DNA from: Haliotis cracherodii
Lineage: Eukaryota
Assembly: GCF_022045235.1 (NCBI RefSeq)
Contig: NW_027266267.1
Coordinates: forward strand, 44,888,001-44,952,000
Direction of reading: 5' to 3'
DNA: 64,000 bases
The notes under the pieces are model-generated. The model had not been told where the DNA came from. It was given only the letters and a program-made list of their open reading frames with translations, and ran no database searches. Shown here piece after piece: positions 13,761 to 27,941 of this stretch (position 1 is its first letter; each line of letters opens with the position of its first letter). The position numbers and the translations under genes are program-made.

Positions 13761-15109
13761 ATGTATAGGTGATGAAGTGATTAAAGCACAGTTTGGTACA
13801 TACCAATAGACGTTAAAATACTGTAATTGTTATTACCCTGCCTGGCGCTCGGCATCACGGTGCTTAAACCAGGACCGGTCGACTAGGAGTCAGTATATAC
13901 CGTCTGAGTGGAGTATTCGTGTTAAACTTCGACATGATATCTTAGTCGGCTTGCACAATGTAAAATCGGTATTAGGATGGACCAGTAGAACTGGCCACAG
14001 ACACACACGTGCATGCACGTCGTCATATAAGTGAACGCGACATTAGAACCTATTTCACCTCAACTCATCACCTTGGTCTCTGTTAATGCTTGGCTACAGT
14101 GTTGATTGGTATGAAGATCAATTAAAACACAGTTGCAGGCTATCAAGATTAACTTTTCGAAATGTCAGAATATTACGCATATACTTTACCACTAGTTCAG
14201 ACTGATGGGAAATTGACATCGAATGCCATACTGACATGTTACCGCATTTAACTATTTTATCAAAGAGACAACCCAAACTAGGTTACATGCTTCGTGCGAA
14301 TTGATAGGTACCTTTCATTGCATTTTGTGTTGAGTGACATCATTGTCTACTCGTGGTAAGTAAAGATAAGAATTTAATCGGCTCGTCACTATCCATAACA
14401 CGATCCCATGTGACTTAAATAACATAAATATAACCAGTTGTAACCAGTTTTCCTTTTTGTGAATATGTCAAGGTAACTATTATCACTGACAAAAAATTTA
14501 ATGTATTTAGAAGTTACGGATTTGGTCGATCTCATTAGAAAGAACATATGACATATATCTCAGAGTAGTATATTACTTTACGAACAAAACCTACAACACC
14601 CTTTCCATAACCATAAGTAATATCTTCTAAAAAGGTCATTCGTAGCACGATTTCGAATATATCATTAACATGTGTTAACAAATCACAATAAAATAGTCAC
14701 AATACCAGGTATTCAATAAAACGGGAGCGTATTCTACCCCAATGTAGGTACCACAAACACATGCAAGGGCAAGTCAACTGTTCACTTGGCAAACACGAAA
14801 CATCATGCAAGTCAGTTGCAATGGACCTCATTTGGTCAGTGAGAAGCTAAATGTGGAAATAGCTCGATATTGCTACCATTAAATATCCCGAAGGCTGACT
14901 ATTGTGACACAAGCAATCCGATATACGTTTGTGGTTGATGATGTGATTAAAGCACAGTTTAGTACACGCGAGGTAGATGGATGCCTTGGTCTCTGTTAAT
15001 GGTTGGCTACAATGTTGATACGTATGGCGATCAATACAACACAGTTGGAGGCGAACAACATGTCAGAATGTAACACAGAATGCAACACATATACAATGCC
15101 ACTGATACA

Positions 15110-15276
15110 GGGGGTGGTCGGGTAGCCTAGTGGTTAAAGCGTTCGCTCGTCACGCCGAAGATCCGGGTTCGATTCCCGACATGGGTACAATATGTGAAGC
15201 CCATTTCTGGTGTCCCCCGCCGTGATATTGCTGGAATATTTCTAAAAGCGGCGTAAAACCATACTCACTCACTCAC
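15110..15276 (+). mobile_element. SINE family A
   Basis: GGTAGCCTAGTGG...GGTTCGATTCC head; ACTC tail; TSD cactgatacagg. Confidence 0.85.
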
Positions 15277-15559
15277 TGATACAGGGTCATGCGACATTGG
15301 CTTTGAATGACATACTGACATTAAATTACATGTAACGGACTGATAAAACATACTTTGTTAATGTTGACATCTCGAAACTATGATTCATGAGGACTGAAAT
15401 GTATATATACCTTTATAGCAGATTGTGTTGAGTTACATCAATCTCTTCTATTGGTAAGTACAGATATGTATTTAATCAGCTCATCATAGTTCCGAGAGTT
15501 ATAAGGGCCTTGAATGTTATGATCCTATGTTCGTAGAAAGAGCATGCTCTGTTGTGAAT

Positions 15560-17810
15560 GTAGACACCAGAGGCTTGAACTGCAAGAACAATTTTGTACA
15601 TAAAAGAAAACACTATTGAAAAGTTATTACTGGAAATGTGAAGTCACCCTCATTGTCACTTGTAATGCACAGCTCTAAATATCTAGATCTCTTTCACAGG
15701 TCAGGTTCTAGTTTAGGTGGTTATATCAGCAGAAAGGTTTTACTACTTGGCTATTTTTGAAAGATATGTTATCAACGATATACCTCAAGCTAAAGTGAAC
15801 TTTCTAGGCTATATTCATTTTTGACAAAATAAATGTTCTTAACCTTTGAAAACAGAGAGGTAACAATATCTATGGTCACCGGGTTTTGTGACAAATGCCT
15901 TTCACAGATCAAAGAATGAATAATGATGATTGAGTTTCTTTTCTGGGCTTGCAAAAATACAAGGAAATTCTTTGAGTTTTTGAAAATTCCACTTGGCTCA
16001 TATAAAATATGTGACAATAAAGAAAGTCTTTCTTTGATTGTGCTGAGGATTATGGTTGATCTTGACAGGGATTCTGTGGTTCATTTGCTTGACCCAACAC
16101 TATATATTAGTTTGTCCGTATGTTTATGGAGCTTCAGAATCCATAACAAAAGAGGAGCGGACATGTCTCCAGGTTTCAGAGTCAGCTCAAAAGTTGATAG
16201 TATTGATAAATGAGTGAGTGAGTTAAAGTTTTACGTCACATCGGCAGTATCTCAGCCATATAGTGACGAGAACAAATTGAAAGATAAATATTTGCCACAA
16301 AGGACAGTAAAACATTAGCATGGTATCACAGATTGAAATCTAAGTATTGATAAATGTTTTTCGCAGATATCTTCCTCAGTTAGCATACTCGCCTTATATG
16401 GGGCATTTTTTTGCATGACATATACATGCAGTGATTCTTTTTTTATGAAGAAAAGATAATGTAGTGATGATGGCTGTATTATTTAAGGCCTTCTCAATAG
16501 GAACAACTGCAAACTTGTAATGTAAGGCAGCCAGAATTTGGATGACAGCTGGGTGTAACAGAATGGATGATTACTTACGAAGAAAAATAAGGGAGTTGAG
16601 TTGTACACTCACATGATCGTGGTGTAGCATCTGAAAGTAACATCTAACCACAATGAACTTTCAAATCAGCACACAAAAGACAAAGTATGTGGACATAAAG
16701 GGTAACTCACAATCAAAAATGCAACTGAGCTGAGTACGCACAAAAAATGCTTCAGAGACAGTATCTCAATGAACAGGCAAAATGGCAAATTGTGGGAATG
16801 ACAGAGGGAGGGATGTCAATACCCGAATTTTGGTCAAATCAGAAAGTGCAATTTCTCGACAATGGTTTACATACCGTTAAACAGATGGGGTTGCAGTGTG
16901 ACCTTGGCGTGTCAAACCTAACAAAACCAATCAGGATCCTCTGATGATATTAATTTCACTTCGTAATTGATACAGATCCGCTCCTGTAATCAATATAATG
17001 CACATGTCTACCATAAAACTTTTTGAAAGCTTTACTCAGGCATTGAATGTTGTAACCTTGATCAAACAACTTCTGAGTCGAATGACGCTCTTTGAAATCT
17101 TGAGCATGCTCGACTGTATCTAAAAAAATAGCGAAATGTGAACACCAAAGTCTGGAGATGCAGGAATATTGCTCGATATGAATATTGCTTGACTATTAGA
17201 AAGTTGAAGTCAATCCTCTTGTCAAACAGTCTTGTGGAGAGTGTTTTTCACTCTGAATCTTTATGCATAGATCTCAATATGAAACAGATGAGGAGGTCTC
17301 AATAATCTCCTTTATTTCTAGTTCCGGTGGGTAAATCAGTAGAAGTGTATTGGCTATTTGATGCTTATTGAACGATATCAGATCATCGATATACCTGAAG
17401 CTCAAGTTAAACTTCTTGGCCAAATTACCTTGTTTTTACTTCATACGCTTAAAAAACCAGATCCGCAAAAGAATCTACATGGCATTAATTCCACTTGTCG
17501 CGAATACTTTCTGTGAATATAAAGGAAATTCTTCCTTGATTGTATTAACGATTGGTCCGTCTTTGAGACAGTGATTTGGTGGTGCATTTGCTAAACCCAA
17601 CGATATATGTTTTATGGCGCTTTGGAATCCAGTGCAAAAGAGGAATGGATATATATTCAGGTTTTAGAGTCAAGTCAAAAGTTTGCAGTACTGATTTATT
17701 GTTTTGGCAGATTTCTTCCACCGTAAACATTCTTGCTTATATAGTGCATTATTTGATATATCATTTATACCAAGTTATTTGATCAAACAATTAATGTAGT
17801 GATGCTCACA
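15560..17810 (-). mobile_element. Two decayed Penelope-like RT remnants (15560-16560 and 17040-17810); related piece at ~56860-57420
   Basis: IPLLHWIPKRHK.YIVG.SKCTTK.LS, WIFKNS, YIDD-like and IYPPEL-like motifs. Confidence 0.6.
16700..16945 (+). mobile_element. Tc1 N-terminal remnant
   Basis: QYLNEQAKWQIVGMTEGGMS resembles the start of a Tc1 paired domain. Confidence 0.45.
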
Positions 17811-17820
17811 TATAATGGCA

Positions 17821-18099
17821 GGGGGCACGGGTGGTCCAGTCGTCTAAGGCGCCGCGATTCGCTGTGCACAGTTGCGTTCCTTGGACACGCCAGAAACCTA
17901 TGATCGTGGGTTCGAATTCCGGTCGCCACGATTAATTTTCTAGGTTTGTCAGCACCATACCCGTGCTCGTTGGTTTCAACAAAGTGGCAAACGTCTGATC
18001 ATGAGACCTGCATCACTTCGGGCTTTCCTCCCACATTAAGCTGACATATAACTGGAATACTGTTAAAAGCGGTGTAAAACCCAACCCACTCACTCACTC
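17821..18099 (+). mobile_element. SINE family B
   Basis: Full-length match to family B; ACTC tail. Confidence 0.85.
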
Positions 18100-19630
18100 T
18101 ATTAGTTTGTAATCACTTGCGGCCAGTAAATAATGCCAATTAAAAAATAAATGCCTCTCCACCTTGGTTTCACTTAACCTACGAACGGACCAGCTTACTG
18201 ATCACAACTGTCAATGGCTGCAAGTGTTGCTAATGACGGTCTCCGTGCTTCTGCGACGTTAAACGAAGCAACATGACAACCCCGATCTATGATGTGGTTG
18301 AACAAGGATACCCCTTTTCAACCAACAGTAATCCAGCATTCATCAATGTCGAAGAGAGCATATGACAACTTTGACACGTGGGCGTATAATTATATCCAAT
18401 ATTCATTTTGGCAATGTTTGTGAAAGGCTAGAACTAAATCAGAATGAGATTACATATACATTCTTCAAACCATATTGGATTTGTGATTGTTTCAATATCA
18501 GTTAACATTGTAATCAGTGCAACCCGTGTCATGTTTTTATGGGAGAAAGTTCTTTATCATATCCGACACAATGTACTGGAAAGATTATGGTAAATTTGGA
18601 ACCAACAAGTATGTTACACCGACACCACTTTCAACTTCTGATTTATTGTTCCCAGTGAGATGACGTCTTTCCACAAATGTATATTATCAGTTGTGAAGTT
18701 TGGTATTGTATATCTCTTACGTTGGCAACTTAATACAAAATTTGTATCCCTCTTATAGCATACATACGATATGGAAAGGTGGTTAGGTAATGGGAAATGG
18801 GGTTTGGCGTCGCGTTCAGTATGATTGCACTTCTATAGCGTCGTGTGTTTTTGTGTAGCTAGTAGGGACTAAGGTCGAATTTGTAGTGCTAACATACTCA
18901 AATACCATGCCACAGTTTATTATGGACACCTAACTAAGACAAAGCATACTGACTCCAAGCGAATAAGTTCTTGATTTAGCCCGAACGACAGTCAGGGTAA
19001 CATCAAGTACCATCTTGAAACATTTTTTGTATGATGCGACCGGGAATTGAACCCCTACCTTCCACTGTCCAGGCAGATTTCTACCACTAGATCACGAAGA
19101 TGGTCGCAAAGACGCAAAGGTAATAATCTCTTTATCATGAATTGTCATGCTCAAAATGAGTGAATGATAAGGCACATTGTTATTCACTTTTGTCCAACCA
19201 TGTTGGAAAAAAGTCTCAGTCTTTGATATAGTGGCAACTGTTGTGCAGCCATGTATTTGCATAATTACTCACACAACAGAAAAACGCTGTCTAATGATTT
19301 AGGGAATGCTATGCAGCTTTGGTGCAAGTACACACCACATCAATGTACAGAGCTCATTAAAAGTAGTTCCTGCCAAGTGACGTAATTTGCATGTTTATCT
19401 GATCGTAATACAAAATTTACAGGATTGGCTTTTAACATCGATGACACTTACATTCACTTGATCAATCTTTTCCCTGATGACTTAAGTAAATGGTATCTTT
19501 CAGTTTTGTATCGTGCCTCAGGAACATATATACCAGTATCCTCTCGTAACATGTCACCCTCTCTTCGTAAAACATTACTCACGTAGGATGTGCATAAAAA
19601 CAAACAAACCATTGTTTCTAAGAATTTTAT

Positions 19631-22600
19631 CTACTGAAGTTTTCCAGCAACGAGTGCGACGGATGTCACGTGGCCACCGTTCCCATCATAGGTCATACTG
19701 ACGGTGTTTGTTGTTTTCATCTGAGAGGGAGGGACCATGAACACCCACACGTTCCAATTTGTTTTCCCCACAATCTTCGAAGCATCAAACAGCATGTAGC
19801 TTGTAGACAGCGTGTTGCCATTGAAAACAACACTACGAGGTTTTGCATTGGCATTCTTGTCTCGGCTAGCTCCCACTCTAAGATAAGATGTATGGTAGCC
19901 AGAGCTGGGTAGATGGATGGTGGTCTGCGCATGTCCGTTGTTGATGGGGATGAGCATGTCCTTGCCGTAGTATGTTATCTCGTTGTCCGTGTGTATTCCG
20001 TTAAAGTTGTAGTTGGTTTTAAACTTGTAGAAGCAGGTTGAGGATCCAGGGAGACCGACGGTGCCATGAAGCTTGGATCTATCGAACTTGAAATCGGAAT
20101 TCATAGTTGGCTTACCGTTTTCGAACAGAATGCATGTTTCTTCACCTATAGAAGGGTTGAGCCAACTGTTTGGAAAGTCAAGTTTTACATTCTCAAATTT
20201 GCTGCCATAGTTGTGGAGAAGAACTACCATCTCTTTAGTGTGAGGGTTTGCAAGGGCAAGTGGTGAAACTATTCTCTCCTGTCCATTGTATTCACTTGAA
20301 ACTCGGAGAAACCTTTGATCATAAACAAAGTTTTTCCAAAACAGGAAGAATTTGGTCATTTCAAGGGGATGACCATCCTGGGTAAATAAGGAATTTCGAA
20401 GGGCAGTATGACCCGGGTATTGCTCATTTGAGAGGAGAAAGATTGTAACTCTGTCTATAAACTCTCTCAGGTTAAGGAAAGTAAACATGAAGCCGTTTGG
20501 TTGATAAATGGTTTCAAAGTCTGTCATTGCATTTTCAAATTCGCGGTCCACTCCTACCAGGTTATCTAAACCTAATCCAAATTCAGTGTTGACTAACTGA
20601 ACATTTTTTCCTTTCTTTTGATGAGAGTAATTCTCTATCATGTCAAGAGTAGCAACCAGACGAGCTTCGTTGATGCCAAAGAAGGTGTGGTTTGCACCCG
20701 ACATTTGCAAATAGTTGTAGGAATGGAAAGAGAAAAAGTCCAGGTGATCAAGAGACATGTCCAGAAACTTAGCAGTTCTCTTCCAGTAGGCGAAGTTATT
20801 TTCATCTCCTTGTCGTAAGGCCATACTTGTGTACGATGGTCCTGCAACTTTCATTCCAAATCTTGATTTCAGTTTGTCGGCGACGGCCTTGTGGAAATCT
20901 ATATTCGTTTGTGGGTCAATAATGTTTTCCACCCAATCAGGTTCATTGAGGGCTTCAAACATGTAGGGAAGGCGTCCTGATGTGTAGTCCTTGGCACTCT
21001 GCACCATCAGTGACACAAACTCTGATGCAGCGTCAACGTTGTTGGGAAACTTTCCTTGATGGTGAGACTTATCTATCCAGCTGGGCCAGTGCTGACCTGT
21101 GAAGAAGTAACATATACAATTAGAGAATAAGTCAAACATATTCATTTTTGTGTTCAGCTACGTGATTGGTATGTCAGTGTGAGTAGATTGGTGCCGTTGC
21201 AGATATTTACAACTGTTGGTGAAATAAAATAGCATGTGTATTCTGCAGACAGTGAGGTCAGCAAAAGGACACATTGAATACCTGAATCTGCACCCAGACA
21301 AATCAAGTGTTGACAGTATGAGCCGTGGTCATCTATGAGTGAGTGAGTGAGTTGGGTTTAACGCCGCTTTTAACAGTATTCCAATTATATCGCAGCGTGT
21401 CAGCTTAAAGTGGTGGGAAAGCCCGAAGTGATGCAGGTGTCAGACGTTTACCACTTCGGTGAAACCCACGAGCACGGGTATGGTGCTGACAAACCTAGAA
21501 ACATAATTAGGGCGAACCGGGATTCGAACCCACAATTATAGGTTTCTGGCGTGTCCAAGGGACGCAACTGTGCACAGCGAATCGCGGCGCCGTAGACGAC
21601 TGGGACACCCGTGCCCCCGAAATAGGATTAGCTTCAACGATGACTGAAACAGTAATAAAAGGCTAAGCCCAGAGTCTTTTAACACATTTTCTTTGTCTCC
21701 AGTTATGTTTGAAAAAATTGTGTCTCTTTTTAAATGCTAGGATTTGATGACTTGTGATACCTTCTATGTTCCAGACCATGTTGTCGATGTAGTTCCCATA
21801 TTCGTTCAATTGTTGCACATACCATCCGAATGTCCTTGCTTGGAGTGCATGGTCTTGGAGATAGGCAGGATCTGGGTAACCATGGCGACTTGGGTTTTGA
21901 GGCCACTAAATAAAATACAATAATATAGTATAGATTTTCAAGTTTTCCCAATTAACTAATACATGTTCATTTTGCATGGCTTCCATGTTGGAAGTAAATG
22001 AACATACATTATCCCAGAACAGCATTGTTGAAACATTCATTTGTTTTGAAAGGGTGTTCAAATATGTTATTAACAAATAGATTACCATATCGTCATACAT
22101 TTTGGTAGCTGAACTGCAGTGCTATATCGATATGTAACATTTAATGATACTGTTATCGGATATATTTTGATAGACCATATCTGTACTTTATATAAGACAA
22201 GTTGGTTGGTTTCTTGTTTAACGCCGCACTCAGCAATATTCCAGCTATATGACGGCGGTCTGTAAATAATCGACTCTGGACCAGACAATCCAGTGATTGA
22301 CATCATGAACATCGATCCACGCAATTTGGATCGACCAGCATCAACCAAGTCCACCTGACCACCCTATCCCGTTAGTCGCCATTTACGACAAGCACAGTCG
22401 CCTTTGATGGCAAGCATGGGTTGCTGAAGACCTATTCTACCCCGGCGTCTTCACGGGTCATATAAGACAATTAGTGTTTCCAGACAGAACAAATATTTTT
22501 TTATGTTTTTTTTAATAAAGAATACATTGATTGTATGCATTTCTGCCCATCACTTAACCCATAGACCTATGATTCGTCATTGGTGTCTAAGGGTATTGCT

Positions 22601-23522
22601 TGCACATAGCTTTCCTCTCAAAAGGCCATTGTCAAATGCTCCATATGCTATTTACATTCATTTTAACACCATCAGGTGATTAATATAGAGTTGCATTACA
22701 TTGAAAAGCATTTTACGAGTTGATTTGCTTTACTCTTCATGGGTGTTCATTCAATCCATATATCATATAATCATGCAGTAACACCCATTTCTGATGTCCC
22801 CAGCCGTGATATTGCTGGAATATTGCTGAAAACGGCGTAAAACCATACTCACTCACTCAATCACTCATGCAGTAACATGTTGATCTGAGATTGTTTCCTG
22901 CTCTTTACAATGTATCAGTGATTGCAGGTATAGACTTTACAGATCTAAGGTTACAGTTGGTGTGGATGTGACGTGATGCAACTCGGCGATTTTGGCTGTT
23001 TGAAACCAATATGCCACCAAACGGCAACCTGAATTCAAAAGTGATTGAAACCAACAAACATTTGCAGTAAAGGGACACATTGAGTGACATAATCTGAACT
23101 GCACGGGGAGCATATATAGATACATAAGCTCACACACTTTAACCATCTCATTCCAGTTTCAAGGTAGGTAGGAATACGGCTCCATACAATGTACCCATTA
23201 AAACATACAAGAATACTAAAATCATACATGAATCATATCATTGCATAAAATGGTTTCAGCATTCAAGGTGCTTTTACTTCATACGTACATTTGGAAAGAG
23301 ATCATCTCTCAGGTCTCTGTTTACCCAACGTCCAGGAGCGGCTCCGATAGATTTAATCTTTGGAATAAGGTTCAACTGCGTGAGGCCATTAATTTTGTTC
23401 CATCTCTGAACTTCATAATGGAGACGTCCACCCTGAGCAAGCCATTCGTTGTAGATCGTGACGGTTGTGTCAGAGAACGTCTCTCCCCACAGCAACAGGG
23501 TGCTCAGAACAAGTAGTAACAT
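19631..23522 (-). CDS. GH86-like glycoside hydrolase, copy 3; exons 23522-23289, 21905-21761, 21096-19631 (614 aa)
   Basis: 234/145/1466 nt in frame; EALNEP and NTEFG; GT/AG sites at homologous positions. Confidence 0.88.
21337..21618 (-). mobile_element. SINE family B in copy 3 intron 2, carrying ~80 bp of 3' flank shared with the 12091 copy
   Basis: 21258-21336 is nearly identical to 12012-12090. Confidence 0.85.
22200..22459 (-). mobile_element. SINE family D in copy 3 intron 1
   Basis: TSD atataagacaa. Confidence 0.82.
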
Positions 23523-23687
23523 TCTTCTGTGAAATTATGTTACTTCTGCTCACAGTCATGGGCTTTTCAAACGTTTTATTTAAGGCTGTAATCTGCGTGT
23601 GAAAGCACCATAAGATTATGCTAATTAATTGATAAGGAAATGTGTGTCAAACTCAACAGTCGTTCCCTATGCTCTTTCTACAACATT

Positions 23688-23855
23688 AGGGGCGGTCGGG
23701 TAGCCTGGTGGTTAAAGCGTTCGCTCGTCACGCCGAAGATCCGGGTTCGATTCCCGACATGGGTACAATGTGTGAAGCTCATTTCTGGTGTCCCCCGCCG
23801 TGATATTGCTGGAATATTGCTAAAAGCGGCGTAAAACCATACTCAGTCAGTCAGT
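23688..23855 (+). mobile_element. SINE family A, just upstream of copy 3
   Basis: Near-identical to the other family A copies. Confidence 0.85.
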
Positions 23856-24420
23856 CTGGAGTTTTCGGAAAAAAACCCATAAACATGACCGTAGTGGCAG
23901 TAGCATTACGTGATATCAAGTTTAGATCATGAAACATGTTTAAATGGTACATTCTGTTTGCTCGTAACCAATGCTGCAGTAGCGGTACTATACTACATGA
24001 ACAGATTGGCGGCCATCTTGATTTTTTGCATATTTGTCAATTGTCGAAAACGTTCAGTTGTTGTGAATATCTTTTTAGAAACATAATATGGTTATTTCGC
24101 AAGACAACACATGTTTTTTTTCATCAAAGCATTGACCCTCATCTGACATATGGAAGATATAGTGATAATTGGTGGCCATATTAGATTATGCAAATTAGAC
24201 ACATTTCCCAAACTGGGATTGCTTGGGACTTTTAGTATGTTGTTTTCGGGACCTTGTAGAAATGCATTGTGATAAAATAAATTCTGTTGCAATTTGTTCC
24301 AAGTGAAACCTTATTTTGCCTGGACTATGAGACAATATCTGACGACTACAGTCAAATGTAAAGATGAGACAAGTCAGAAATGCAGATAACCACCGTCGTC
24401 AATGTGCGTAACTTTGCGTT

Positions 24421-24497
24421 ACACGGCGTCATTGCGTCACACGGCGTCATTGCGTCACACGGCGTCATTGCGGCATACGGCGTCATTGCGTCACACA
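24421..24497. repeat. 18-bp minisatellite, about 4 copies
   Basis: acacggcgtcattgcgtc units. Confidence 0.9.
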
Positions 24498-25289
24498 GGA
24501 CGGAAAATTTACCGCTTTCTGTTGAATTTACCTGACCATTGTGATGTATTGTTAATTTCATAATTCGTGCTACAATATTCTTTCCCACAAATATTCTCAA
24601 ACACGTCAGCCAATGCATGCAACGAATGCATCCCTCAAAATAGGAGGAAATACTAAACGGTGTAAAATCCGATTGTCCCTTTGTTTGCATTTCAATAAGT
24701 ACAATTTTCCGAGCACAGTGTTCGTTTCAACACCTAATTTATTTCGGCTGATTTCATCTAGATAATTTGTATGGCGACGAAATTATTTGATTTTGAAATA
24801 CACGGTTTATTCAGGGATGCATGTATCTCAGCTGAGTTTGAAATATATGTGATCTAATGGGCGTCTCATAACCGGCATACGTGAAACGTGATCTTGTAAA
24901 CACTATCCAATATGGCGGAAAGTGCACTGAAGAATTACCATTTGTGATTTGATGAAATTCAGGTACCCGTGATCACTAACATGCTATATCTGGAATTCGT
25001 CCATGGAATTAACATGCGATATTTAGATTTCTAAACACACTGTATATAACGCTGTGAATGGTGATTTAGTAATGTATAAACATGGCAAGATTTACGATGT
25101 ACATAATTTTTAGAGGTTACTTTCAGTAATGTTGCTTTGCCTAAATGACAGTGGATGATCACAAAAAGGGGACTTTCAATTCAAAACTGTGAAATGTATT
25201 AGTGTGCATGGTGTATTCTAAACTGTATTCGACTTCGAATTGAGGGTTGAAGAGGAGGGACGTATATGTCGCTGTGACATCCCGGGGGG

Positions 25290-25410
25290 TTAACACGCTA
25301 CGAAAAACATGAAGGCGTCCCAGACGTGATGGGATTGAGGTCGGGAGACCTTGACGGCCAGTCCATGATATTTACTCCCGCATTCTGAAGGAAATTCCTT
25401 GTCAAAACGT
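25290..25410 (-). mobile_element. Tc1 catalytic-domain fragment
   Basis: Minus strand reads FLQNAGVNIMDWPSRSPDLNPI. Confidence 0.65.
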
Positions 25411-25691
25411 TCAACACAGACGTAGGTGGACGCTGACTTGACTTATAGCTGGAATATTGCTGAGTGCGGTGTCAGACAACCAACAAACAAACAAACACAT
25501 GGTTATGTTTCGTTATTGACTGACCTAAGTGATGCATGGGTAGTCATGTGATTCTCCCGATAAATATTTAAAAATAATTAGGACACCTTCAGATACTTTC
25601 TCACAGTTACTAGGCCATCTGAAATGTTTATAAAAAATTCATCCTTGAATCAGCCGATCCTTGATTTTCAGTCTCCGCGAAAAGCTGACTA

Positions 25692-25867
25692 GAGTGAGTG
25701 AGTGAGTGAGTGAGTATGGTTTTACGCCGCGTTTAGCAATATTCCAGCAATATCACGGAGGGGGACACCAGAAATGGGCTTCACACATTATACCCATGTC
25801 GGGAATCGAACCCGGGTCTTCGGCGTGACGAGCGAACGCTTTAACCACTACGCTACCCGACCGCCCC
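25692..25867 (-). mobile_element. SINE family A
   Basis: Reverse-complement full-length copy with (GAGT)n. Confidence 0.85.
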
Positions 25868-26057
25868 TTCTTCTCTGGATACAAATGTAGCATAAAGATC
25901 TGAACTGTTTCCATGTAAGAACTAGAAAAAAATAAAAAGAATATGAATTAATATAGTGTATGACCTAATTCGGTGAGAATGTAAATAATTGTTCCTCCGA
26001 TCAAACTTGTCTGTATAATCGATTAAATATGACAAAATGGATACGTTTATAATGGAT

Positions 26058-26310
26058 GTTTTTGTTTGTTTGTTTGATGCCTAACGCCGCACTCAGCAAT
26101 ATTCCAGCTATATGACGGCGGTCTGTACCAGACAATTAAGTGATTGACATCATGAGCATCATCCACGCAATTGGGATCGATGACATGTATCAACCAAGTC
26201 AGCGAGCCTGACCACCCGATCCCGTTTGTCGCCTTTTACGACAAGCATAATCGCCTTTTACGGCAAGCATGGGTTGCTGAAGACCTATTCTACCCCGGAA
26301 TCTTCACGTG
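26058..26310 (-). mobile_element. SINE family D
   Basis: Family match. Confidence 0.8.
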
Positions 26311-26398
26311 TCTTTTTAATGGCTGAGTGTTAAGTGTTGAACTGAGTGGGGACCACGGGCATGTGCATCGTCGTGTGATTAAATATTGTATATCCTTG

Positions 26399-26831
26399 CA
26401 GAGCTCCAGATAAGCTGCGTATCTGCGTGAAATACGCATCAGAAATGCAGAAATACGCAGTAAAATAAAATCCAAGCGTATCAAATAGGCAACGAACATT
26501 ACAGATACGCTACAAAAATAAAACTTGTGCGTATCATCAAAATATTGTGAAGTAACCCTGCGTATTCGATTAGCAAATCAGCAACTTATTTTGAAATTTC
26601 TTGTGGAAGTATCGTGGTATTTTTGAGTCCTATAAAGCTCTAGAACCCACACGACACCAGTTTGCAGGAACTAGATGAATAGTGTTTTTAAATATTTAAC
26701 TTAAATACCCACATGTGTAAAAGCTAGTGGGTAACAGAAATTTGAATACCCAGATAGAATTACTGATACCCAATGATGTTAAATTGCATGGGTAAAATAC
26801 CCACAACACCAAAAGCTTATCTGGAGCTCTG
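26399..26831. mobile_element. MITE with 18-bp perfect TIR (hAT-like CAG terminus)
   Basis: cagagctccagataagct ... agcttatctggagctctg; tccttg on both flanks. Confidence 0.8.
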
Positions 26832-27338
26832 TCCTTGTTAACAGGACACTCAGCTTATCTGTCTACCATGACAAGACTCCAAGGTCGTAAGAGTCTCTAG
26901 ATATGGCATGTCACTTTGTGTAACTCAACATGCAGCTCACATGCTTCCAAGTATCATGTAGTAGATGTGTTACAATACAGGTGCACCAGATAAGAGAACG
27001 GGTTTTGAACCGGAATTTAATTTAATCTGCCCAGCAAAAGAAAGTAAGTGCTGGAAAATGAACTGACCAAACGCTATCAAAACGTCTGTTGGTTGAAAAC
27101 AGCCACCGCCACATATATAAACGGAAAGTGCACAACACAACTGTGTTGCACGTATATAATACATCACCATCTATAATCGTGCAAGGTTTGTTTCATTTTA
27201 TCCCGGGGAGGATAAATAAGAATGTGTCCTCAACACCCAATTGCTGGTCGTAAAGGGCGACCGAATTAGGCTGCCTGTTTGCTGTGGGTTGCGACCTTGT
27301 GTCGGGAGAGGAAGGGAGAAGTGGTTGAACGCAGAGGA

Positions 27339-27941
27339 GCCGGTGTCACGAAATATATTCGCCCCCAGAATAAAATGTCCCCCCGGCGAATTTATACCGG
27401 TACAGTTCCGGTTCAGTAGCCTGTATTAAGTAATATATTTTAGATCTTAAATCAGAGTATAACGGACAGCCTGAGCTGGAGGCGGGCGTGGATATGTTGA
27501 CAGTTTTTACGTAGTTAGTGTTAATGTTTGCGAGGATTAATAAGATTTCTGAATTCAGTTACAACAGTAACCGTACATGTATTTGTCACATTAAGTCATT
27601 TCATTCAAATATGTTTGTTGTGATATACGTCTTATAATTATTTTAGGATGGAAGGTACAGTTACCAAATAAAATATGCTGAAATATCAATTCATTATGAC
27701 CATATTTCATAATCTATTTTTTAAAGTAACCCTCCTTACATTAAAGATATCTATTTAAAGAATATAGTACTTAAAGACATTGCAACAAACCGAATAATCA
27801 GGGGGAGACTTTATACGGAGGGGGGCGCGAAATATATCCGCCCAGGGTAGAATTTATTTCAGAACAGATTCCCCGGGGGAGAATCTGTACCGGTATAAAA
27901 TCTCCGGATGGGAAATTGGACGGGTGAGAGTTTACACCGGC
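27339..27941. mobile_element. Putative non-autonomous DNA element with short TIR and subterminal repeats
   Basis: gccggtgt ... acaccggc; C-rich left and G-rich right subterminal motifs; interrupts a GC-rich retroelement-like 5' segment. Confidence 0.5.

Noticed and set aside
15110-15190. tRNA genes at the heads of SINE families A, B and C
   Set aside because: Acceptor stems do not close, and each head continues into a SINE body and tail, often with a TSD.
19473-19495. Other CUGANGA motifs (19474, 29228, 47599, reverse strand of family D) as hammerheads
   Set aside because: No properly placed stem II plus GAAA.
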